In this document: in pieces, positions 26,023-32,000 of the stretch
Position numbering within the stretch: the first letter of the stretch is position 1
How the letters are laid out: the number at the start of each line of letters is the position of its first letter
Assembly (NCBI RefSeq): GCF_001945605.1
Contig: NZ_MPKA01000055.1
Span: forward strand, 21,427 to 53,426
Length of the DNA stretch: 32,000 nt
DNA from: Dubosiella newyorkensis
GTDB taxonomy: Bacteria; Bacillota_I; Bacilli_A; Erysipelotrichales; Erysipelotrichaceae
Reading direction: 5' to 3'
Position numbers and translations under genes: made by a program
Notes under the pieces: model-generated
What the model was told of the DNA's origin: nothing
Databases searched by the model: none
Seen by the model: the letters and a program-made list of their open reading frames with translations, nothing else

Positions 26023-28581
26023 CTATTCAAAGAATCGCTTGAAAAATGGATAGATGAATCCGCTTGGCGGGGTCGTTTGATCTGGGGCTGGGGTGTTTGT
26101 GTCGCCACCCAATTGTCCAGAATTATCGCTTCCATCTCCTCCTGTGTTTCCACCTTGATCTGGTGGAGTCGTTTGGTCATAGCTGCATACTCCATTCCAA
26201 TACGTTCCGCCATTGCTGATGCACTCTTGGATCGGATCGGTTTCTTCTGGCTCTTCTGGTTCTTCTGGTTTTTCTTCTTCAACAGCTTGGCAAGCGTTGC
26301 CATTCAATACATAGCCTTCTGGACAAGAACATGCCCCGCCATCCCAGCTTCCTCCGCTGCCCGTGCAGGCGGTCTCGTTGGTGTTTTCTTCTTTATAGGT
26401 GATGCATATGCCATCTTCGCTATCCCATGTGCCGCCTTGCGCTTGGCAAGCCGTTTTTTCATCATACGTGGATTCGTGGCTTGAATTGGCATCGCCACGC
26501 TCTAAATATTCGCTCTTGATATAACCTCCGCGATAATCCGACACTAGATCTGGTTTTGGGATCGCTTGGTAATTGCCATATTGCTGGCAATAATCAAGCA
26601 TATATTTAGAAATGTGGAAGGCGGTCGCCATATTGAGCTGAGCAATATCAATGTAGTAACCTTGCTGCTGGTATGGTCGAGTATAGCCGGACCAGACTGC
26701 GATCGTATATTGGCTTGTATAGCCTACAGACCATTCATCCTTGATCACGCCTAATGGGATACCGTATTGAAGACCATCGGTCGACCAGTCGGAAGTTCCT
26801 GATTTCGCGTAGACTGGATAATCTGATTTCAGATATTGGTTGTAGTTGTTGTAGTTGCCGGTAACGACTTTTTCTAAGATCGTCGACATCATAAAGGCGG
26901 CTTGTTCGGAGATCAATTCATTGGCTTGCGTATTTGCGCCGATTTCTACGCTGTCTGCGCGGCGTACGACTTTACGGATCCTGTGTGAATTGATGCGCTG
27001 CCCTTTGTTGGCGAAGATCGAATAGGCGCTTGCTTGCTGGATCGGCGAAGCCTGCATGTCGGCGCCACCAATACAATATTGTTCGACGAATTGAGAATAC
27101 ACGTCTTCATCATAGCCAAGTTTTTGGCAATACTCTTTCCAATAATCATAGCCGGTCGCTTTTACAAGGTCGATCATCGCGGCGGCCGCTGTCGTGTTTT
27201 TCGATACACCGACGGCGTCTGTCAGTGACATTCTTCCTTGATAGGTTCGATCGGAGTTTTGTAGATTGCTTCCTGTCGTGAAGTAATCTTTTGGCGTATC
27301 GTTGACGGTATGGCTTGTCGCCCAGCCTAAAATATCGAAAGTCGGGGCGTAAGCGAGAAGGGGTTTCATCGTCGATCCTGGAGAATACCGGTCGGTCGAG
27401 TTGTCGATCTTGGTTTCGTCGCTATGATAGCGTCTTCCTGGCGCGACGGCGATGATCTCGCCATTGGTGTTGTCGACGATACCAAATCCGATGTCGAACG
27501 CTTCATTTGGGAAGGAAACGATGTTTCCATTGCATATTTCGTCGGCTTGTTTTTGAACGTCCGCGTTGAGGGCGGTGTAGATATCCATTGGGATAATGGA
27601 TGGATCTTGGCCGGTGAGCGTTTTACATTCTTTGATTGTTTGGGTGATATACGCTTCGTTTGGATCTTCGGAAACGATTTCCGATGATTTGAGCGCGAAT
27701 TCCAGTCGTGTGTTTTTGGCTAGCTCATATTCTTCTTCGGTGATGTAGCCATGCTGAAGCATGAGCTTCAGCGTTAGATTTCTTCGTTCTGTGGCTTGTT
27801 TGAGGAAATCGATTTCGGCTGGACCATTCACGTTGTTGATCGGATTGTTGTTGTAAGGGGCGTTGATGGCGCCAGCCAAGAAGGCGGCTTCCCCTAAGTT
27901 GAGCTGGGAAACGTCTTTGCCAAAATAGTATTGGGAGGCTTTTTGGATGCCTCGTGTATTGTTTCCGGAGCCAAACCAGATCCGGTTGACGTAAAATTCA
28001 AAGATATCTTCTTTATTGATGCTTTGCTCGGCGATCAAGGATAGGTAGATTTCTTGGATCTTTAACTTGATCTGAGCGAATTTATTCAATTTGCCTTCGT
28101 TTTCGAGCTTGGCTTCTTGGTTTTTCGTAAAGGCGTTATCGATCATCTGCATCGTGAGGGTCGAACCGCCTTGCGAGAAATTCCCGCTTCTTAGATTGGC
28201 GATCGCCGCGGCCATAAAGCGCGGCAAGTCAAATCCGTTATGGTCGAAATAGCGCGAGTCTTCGATCGACAAAAAGGCGTCCACAACAGATTGCGGGATC
28301 TTTTCATAGGTGATGTCTTCGCGGATCTCGTCGCCAAATTCGTAGACGAGATTTCCGCTCGCGTCAAAGATCCGCGAGTTGGATAGGGTCGACAATCCGT
28401 CTTGGGAAAAACGCATGCCTTCGGGATCATTAATAATATTGACGAGTATAAAAAATACGGAAATGCAGCCAACCAAGAACAGCGTCAAGACGCAGACGGC
28501 GATCTTATTCCAGATGTCTAGCTTTCGGCGTTTCTTTTTAGGTTGCTGCGAAGGGGTTGTGTGTGCTGGTTCCGGCATCAA
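26023..28581 (-). CDS. ponA: class A penicillin-binding protein (PBP1A type: GT51 transglycosylase + transpeptidase) with a Cys-repeat/low-complexity C-terminal tail
   Basis: N-terminal TM anchor. GT51 motifs EDSRYFDHNGFD and GGSTLTMQ. Transpeptidase motifs SPGSTMKP (SxxK) and KSGTS. 852 aa. The start overlaps the recU stop (ATGA). Confidence 0.9.
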   Translation of the reverse strand: MMPEPAHTTPSQQPKKKRRKLDIWNKIAVCVLTLFLVGCISVFFILVNIINDPEGMRFSQDGLSTLSNSRIFDASGNLVYEFGDEIREDITYEKIPQSVVDAFLSIEDSRYFDHNGFDLPRFMAAAIANLRSGNFSQGGSTLTMQMIDNAFTKNQEAKLENEGKLNKFAQIKLKIQEIYLSLIAEQSINKEDIFEFYVNRIWFGSGNNTRGIQKASQYYFGKDVSQLNLGEAAFLAGAINAPYNNNPINNVNGPAEIDFLKQATERRNLTLKLMLQHGYITEEEYELAKNTRLEFALKSSEIVSEDPNEAYITQTIKECKTLTGQDPSIIPMDIYTALNADVQKQADEICNGNIVSFPNEAFDIGFGIVDNTNGEIIAVAPGRRYHSDETKIDNSTDRYSPGSTMKPLLAYAPTFDILGWATSHTVNDTPKDYFTTGSNLQNSDRTYQGRMSLTDAVGVSKNTTAAAAMIDLVKATGYDYWKEYCQKLGYDEDVYSQFVEQYCIGGADMQASPIQQASAYSIFANKGQRINSHRIRKVVRRADSVEIGANTQANELISEQAAFMMSTILEKVVTGNYNNYNQYLKSDYPVYAKSGTSDWSTDGLQYGIPLGVIKDEWSVGYTSQYTIAVWSGYTRPYQQQGYYIDIAQLNMATAFHISKYMLDYCQQYGNYQAIPKPDLVSDYRGGYIKSEYLERGDANSSHESTYDEKTACQAQGGTWDSEDGICITYKEENTNETACTGSGGSWDGGACSCPEGYVLNGNACQAVEEEKPEEPEEPEETDPIQECISNGGTYWNGVCSYDQTTPPDQGGNTGGDGSDNSGQLGGDTNTPAPDQTTPPSGFIYPFFKRFFE

Positions 28582-29165
28582 GAATCCTCCTTAAAATAGA
28601 TAGCATCTACAACTTTCAAATATTGTAATCGCGGATAGAGCCCTTCTTGGATGAGGTTTCCGTGTTCTAAAAACCACTCGTAGGGAATCGCATATTTGTT
28701 GGTTGATTTGATTTTTTGGATGAGTGTGGGTGCGTCCACAAGAAAAGTTTGGCCATGATAGGAAAAGCGAATGATAAAAAAACCGATCCCGCCATGTTGT
28801 TCGACTTTTTCAAGGTGTTTGATCTGGTGGTCGTGCACCATTTGCAGCGGAAAGTTTGTCTTGTTCTTTGTGTCTTTTACTTCAAAGTCGATGTATTTGC
28901 CTCGATAGATCCCATTGTAGTCGGTCGTTGATGGCGTTCGATAATACGCTTCTGTGATCTTGGCTTTGTTCCTGCTTTCATAATCGACGCGCACAACTTG
29001 CACAGGCGTCGGTTTTTTATAGATCAAAGCGATATCGAGATCACGATAATAGGTGTTGGAAAGGTTGATTTCCTTTTCCAGGTCAGCACCGCGTTTTGAA
29101 TGGTTATCTAAGTTTTTCTCTTTTGGATACGGCTTCATCCCGTTTGGGTAATTGATCGTACTCAT
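28578..29165 (-). CDS. recU: Holliday junction resolvase RecU
   Basis: MSTINYPNG...KKPTPVQVVRVDY...TTDYNGIYRGKYIDFEVKDTKNKTNFPLQMVHDHQIKHL closely parallels B. subtilis RecU, which starts MIRYPNG. Conserved recU-ponA operon. Start set to ATG (complement of 29163-29165), not the track TTG at 29201. Confidence 0.9.
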   Translation of the reverse strand: MSTINYPNGMKPYPKEKNLDNHSKRGADLEKEINLSNTYYRDLDIALIYKKPTPVQVVRVDYESRNKAKITEAYYRTPSTTDYNGIYRGKYIDFEVKDTKNKTNFPLQMVHDHQIKHLEKVEQHGGIGFFIIRFSYHGQTFLVDAPTLIQKIKSTNKYAIPYEWFLEHGNLIQEGLYPRLQYLKVVDAIYFKEDS

Positions 29166-29172
29166 CTCTGAT

Positions 29173-29201
29173 ATTATATCGAAAAGTAGTAGGTCTTTCA
29201 A
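29173..29201 (-). promoter_or_regulatory. near-consensus sigma-A promoter positioned for a leaderless recU-ponA mRNA
   Basis: Minus strand: TTGAAA (29201-29196), 17-nt spacer, TATAAT (29178-29173), then 7 nt, then ATG at 29165. No SD fits in between. Confidence 0.55.
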
Positions 29202-29289
29202 ATTACTGTTCTTGGAAAACGGCTTTTTATTGTTGATTTTTTATGTGAGTTTATGCATAATATAGAAGTTAGAATCGGGGAGGTTCACA

Positions 29290-29622
29290 ATGGCTAAAGA
29301 TATGAATTTAACGGCACAAGTAATTTATGAAAAGGAATTCCACGTGGACTTGAAAGGATATGCTCCAGGTGAAGTGGATGAGTTTTTAGATCAAGTCATC
29401 GAGGATTATCAAAATTACGATGAAAAGATCGAAGAGCTTGGGAGCGCTTTGACTCGTTATGAAGCGAAGATCAAGGAACTCCAACAGCAAGTTTTCGCTT
29501 TGCAGACAGAGAATCAAAATCTCCAAGAACAAAAGAACTCGGATTTTATCAATGCGAATTCCGATCAAGTGGATATTTTGAAACGAATTGCCCGATTAGA
29601 AAAAGCGGTATTCAACCAATAG
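29290..29622 (+). CDS. gpsB: cell-cycle protein GpsB (DivIVA-domain)
   Basis: YEKEFHVDLKGYAPGEVDEFLDQVIEDYQ (DivIVA N-domain) and C-terminal DILKRIARLEKAVF (compare B. subtilis DILKRLSNLEKHVF). SD GGGGAGG upstream. Confidence 0.85.
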   Translation: MAKDMNLTAQVIYEKEFHVDLKGYAPGEVDEFLDQVIEDYQNYDEKIEELGSALTRYEAKIKELQQQVFALQTENQNLQEQKNSDFINANSDQVDILKRIARLEKAVFNQ

Positions 29623-29634
29623 AAATCATGAAAT

Positions 29635-29983
29635 TCTAATTCGACAGTTGCTGGCTATTTATATATAGTTAGAGGAAAGTCCATGCTCGCACGATCTGAG
29701 ATGATCGTAGTGTTTGTGCTGGATGAAGTCATAAATCCAGGCATGATCTTCATGACGGCGAAGCAAGATACCTAAGGGAAACTATGGTTGCGCTTCTTAA
29801 AGTGCCACAGAGACGAGCTTTTATGGAAACATAAGAGGTGGAACGGGTAAACCCCGCAAGCGAGAAACCCAAATTTGGTAGGGGAACCGATGGAGACGAA
29901 TCAGGAAGTCGAAGTTGGATGCGAAAGCATAGATAAATAACTGTCGCCGGCTTGCCGGAACAGAACATGGCTTATGAATTAGA
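29635..29983 (+). ncRNA. rnpB: RNase P RNA, bacterial type B
   Basis: Conserved blocks GAGGAAAGTCCATGCTCGCAC, AAGTGCCACAGAGACGA, GGTAAACCCC, GCGAGAAACCCAAATTTGGTAGGGGAAC and ACAGAACATGGCTTA. P1 pairs TCTAATTC (29635-29642) with GAATTAGA (29976-29983). Ends are approximate, within +/-5 nt. Confidence 0.9.
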
Positions 29984-29990
29984 GTTTAAA

Positions 29991-30020
29991 AAGCGGAATA
30001 CAGTATTTCGCTTTTTTTTT
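29991..30020 (+). terminator. intrinsic terminator after rnpB
   Basis: AAGCGGAATA-CAG-TATTTCGCTT (10 bp, 1 G.U) followed by T9. Confidence 0.75.
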
Positions 30021-30027
30021 GGTTTGA

Positions 30028-30147
30028 TGATACAATACAAAACAGAAAGAAGGTGGCTGAATGTCTCCAGACCCTTTTGAACATAGGCATAGATCGATAG
30101 GTTGAGCGGAGGCACGCCTTTGAATCCTCCGTAGTTAGGAGGAGAAT
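30028..30147 (+). promoter_or_regulatory. corA promoter and structured 5' leader with a 14-codon uORF and an SD-sequestering switch
   Basis: Extended -10 TGaTACAAT (30028-30036). SD-like AAGGTGG (30050-30056) precedes the uORF at 30061-30105 (MSPDPFEHRHRSIG*). GCGGAGG (30106-30112), CCTCCG (30126-31) and SD GGAGGA (30138-43) can pair in mutually exclusive ways. Confidence 0.45.
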
Positions 30148-31116
30148 GTGTTAGAGTTTTATAAGACAAATGAAACTGGGAAGACAGAAAAGATCGACGC
30201 GCCCATGCCTGGTTGCTGGATCAGCGCTGTCGCTCCAACGAGTGAGGAAAGAGATTTCTTGATCCATGAGATCGGTGTTCTTCCTGAGTTCGTTAAATCG
30301 AGTTTGGATGAGGAAGAAAGCGCCCACATCGATTATGATGATGACGCGGACCAAACGCTGGTGATCTTTGACTATCCAAATGTGAATGATGAGACAAGAC
30401 GGTTTTCGATCGATCGCAATGGAGAGCAAATGAGCGTTCAATACTCAACGATGCCAATCGGGATCGTCGTGCTGAAAGGCTATATCGTGACGATCTCTTT
30501 GCATGAAAATCAAAATATCAGCGATATGGCTTCTGGCCATATCAAAGGGGTCGATACGAGATTGAAAACTAGATTTTTATTGACGCTTCTATTGCGGATC
30601 TCTCAAAAGTATTTGATCTATTTGCGTCAGATCGACCGGATTTCTTCGAGAATGGAGAAAAAGTTGTACAAGTCCGCGCAAAATAAAGAGTTGATCGAGA
30701 TGCTTGGTTTGGAAAAGTCGCTCGTGTATTTTTCGACTTCGTTGAAATCGGACGAATCGACGCTGTCTAAGATCATGCGGGGGCGTCAAATCAAATTGTA
30801 CGAGGATGATGAAGATCTGCTAGAGGATGTCATGATCGAGATCAAGCAGGCGATCGAGATGTGTAGCATTTATTCGGGCATCTTATCGAGTACGATGGCA
30901 ACGTTTGCGAATGTCATTTCGAATAATATGAATATTGTCATGAAAATATTGGCTGTCATCACTTTAGTGGTCGAGCTTCCAAATATCATCTTTGGCTTTT
31001 ATGGCATGAATGTGGAAGGCTTGATCGAACCGTATGCTTGGTTCCCGTTGACGTTAGCGATCGTCGCGTGTGTGATCGCTATTATTATTTTTAAGAAAAA
31101 GGATATGTTCGACTAG
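30148..31116 (+). CDS. corA: CorA family magnesium/cobalt transporter
   Basis: 322 aa with two C-terminal TM helices and the signature FGFYGMNVEG (YGMN). GTG start 5 nt after AGGAGGAG. Confidence 0.9.
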   Translation: MLEFYKTNETGKTEKIDAPMPGCWISAVAPTSEERDFLIHEIGVLPEFVKSSLDEEESAHIDYDDDADQTLVIFDYPNVNDETRRFSIDRNGEQMSVQYSTMPIGIVVLKGYIVTISLHENQNISDMASGHIKGVDTRLKTRFLLTLLLRISQKYLIYLRQIDRISSRMEKKLYKSAQNKELIEMLGLEKSLVYFSTSLKSDESTLSKIMRGRQIKLYEDDEDLLEDVMIEIKQAIEMCSIYSGILSSTMATFANVISNNMNIVMKILAVITLVVELPNIIFGFYGMNVEGLIEPYAWFPLTLAIVACVIAIIIFKKKDMFD

Positions 31117-31164
31117 TTTTGTTCGTGATAATGATATACCATTTAGCTGTAAGCGAGGTGCAGC

Positions 31165-32000
31165 ATGGAACGTTCAATCATTACGGATCAAGTTCATCCG
31201 GATCTAGAAACGGCTTTGCGGGAGATCCAAAAGATGGGTTATCGTTCAGTCGAGCTTCATAATGTTTTTGGTAAGAGCATTGAAGCGTGTACGGATGAAG
31301 AGGTTTCTCAAATCAAGTTGCTTTTAGATCGTTATGGGATGAGGGTGTCGAATATCGCTTCGACGATTTGTTTTTTGTGTCCTTTATATGAGGGAGATGA
31401 AGTTTCGCTCTTCAATCCGTCGTTTTTCGCGACCGAGGGCGATTTGGATACGCATTTCAGGATGGCTCGAAGGGCAGCGAAGATCGCGAAACAATTAGGC
31501 GCTCCTAATATTCGGATCTTTCCGTTTCGGTATCCAGACAATCGGAAAGGTCCGTATGGTTCAGAGAAAGATTTTGAAACGATCATTGCTGCGATGAAGC
31601 GTATCGCATCGATCGGCAAAGAGGAAGGTGTCGTATTCGTTTTAGAAAATTGTCCGTATTCGCATTGTCCAAAGGGCGAGATGACGCTTCGCATCATCAA
31701 GGCTGTCAATCAAGAATCTTTGCGTTTGTTGTGGGATCCGGCCAATTCGTTCAGAGCAGAAAAGGATCTCGTTCCGGACTCTTATAAATCTTGGTCGCTT
31801 TTAGAAGAATTAGAAGCTCTATATCCTTATATTGATCATATTCATGTGAAGGACTATCGATTTAGGCCAGAACTATATATATTGCCTTTAATAAGCCAAA
31901 CAAAGTCGATCAATGACTTGGTACGGGCGCTGATTGACCCATTTTTCGAATTCTTTGACCCTCGCACTGATTTCCTGCTTTGTATGAATGAATACATTGT
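31165..32000 (+). CDS. sugar phosphate isomerase/epimerase (xylose isomerase-like TIM barrel); 3' part aberrant or interrupted, open to the window end
   Basis: Absent from the ORF track because there is no stop. MERSIITDQVHPDLETALREIQKMGYRSVELH..., IRIFPF, VVFVLENCPYSH, LRLLWDPANS and IDHIHVKDY follow the AP_endonuc_2/TIM-barrel pattern up to ~31857. The remaining 47 codons do not look like the family. Confidence 0.7.
   Translation, partial: MERSIITDQVHPDLETALREIQKMGYRSVELHNVFGKSIEACTDEEVSQIKLLLDRYGMRVSNIASTICFLCPLYEGDEVSLFNPSFFATEGDLDTHFRMARRAAKIAKQLGAPNIRIFPFRYPDNRKGPYGSEKDFETIIAAMKRIASIGKEEGVVFVLENCPYSHCPKGEMTLRIIKAVNQESLRLLWDPANSFRAEKDLVPDSYKSWSLLEELEALYPYIDHIHVKDYRFRPELYILPLISQTKSINDLVRALIDPFFEFFDPRTDFLLCMNEYI
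31888..32000 (-). other. 3' end of a convergent ORF entering from the right edge (possible transposase/integrase-like C-terminus)
   Basis: Minus-strand frame reads ...NVFIHTKQEISARVKEFEKWVNQRPYQVIDRLCLAY*, with the stop at complement of 31888-31890. The W-x-N-x-RP(Y/H) pattern loosely resembles the ends of rve-type DDE transposases. Only 36 codons are visible. Confidence 0.3.

Noticed and set aside
25861-26498. ORFs of 207 aa (+), 134 aa (-) and 64 aa (-) overlapping the pflA end and the ponA tail
   Set aside because: They are by-products of the repetitive, low-complexity region that encodes the PBP1A tail. They cross two terminators or overlap a well-supported CDS.
28578-29201. TTG start at 29201 for recU (207-aa version in the ORF track)
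   Set aside because: The TTG is part of a TTGAAA -35 box with perfect 17-nt spacing to TATAAT. RecU homologues start just before the YPNG motif, which fits ATG 29165.
30043-30147. M-box (ykoK) Mg2+ riboswitch upstream of corA
   Set aside because: The leader is only about 105 nt and lacks the conserved M-box blocks and three-helix layout as I remember them. It is interpreted instead as a uORF/SD-sequestration leader (see findings).

Overview
This looks like a chromosomal, mostly housekeeping segment of a low-GC Gram-positive bacterium (Bacillota), roughly mid-40s % GC by eye. The recU-ponA and gpsB-rnpB gene order is Bacillus-like. I call about 32 protein genes, 4 tRNAs (Arg-CCG, Arg-CCT and two tandem Asn-GTT copies), a type B RNase P RNA and one decayed trkA-trkH relic.

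From left to right the genes are:
- pyrP (partial), a DUF5688-like protein, a HAD phosphatase and a C69 dipeptidase.
- A receiver-less LytTR regulator with a LiaF-like membrane partner, then a Gfo/Idh/MocA oxidoreductase.
- A ROK kinase, an orphan PTS EIIA and a GH1 6-phospho-beta-glucosidase, the last two with cre sites.
- A DsbA-like protein, an alpha/beta hydrolase, two small unknown proteins, a MATE pump and a Cof phosphatase.
- A UgtP-like glycosyltransferase overlapping a divergent PlsY paralog.
- pcp with DUF979/DUF969, a CaCA antiporter, a second Cof phosphatase, patB-like, pflB-pflA, ponA-recU, gpsB, rnpB, corA and a partial sugar-phosphate isomerase.

I found no CRISPR array, prophage, recognisable defence island or compositional island.

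The most interesting signals are:
1. A corA leader with a 14-codon Pro-Asp-Pro uORF that ends at a GGAGG/CCTCC/GGAGG(SD) switch.
2. An overlapping operon of a PlsY paralog and a UgtP-like glycosyltransferase.
3. About 5-fold over-representation of GATC, confined to coding DNA.
4. A Cys-repeat tail on PBP1A.
5. Two promoters positioned for leaderless mRNAs (the LytTR gene and recU).
6. The trkAH relic.
7. A possible insertion that truncates the last gene.

All homology statements come from reading the translations against remembered family motifs. No database search was run.
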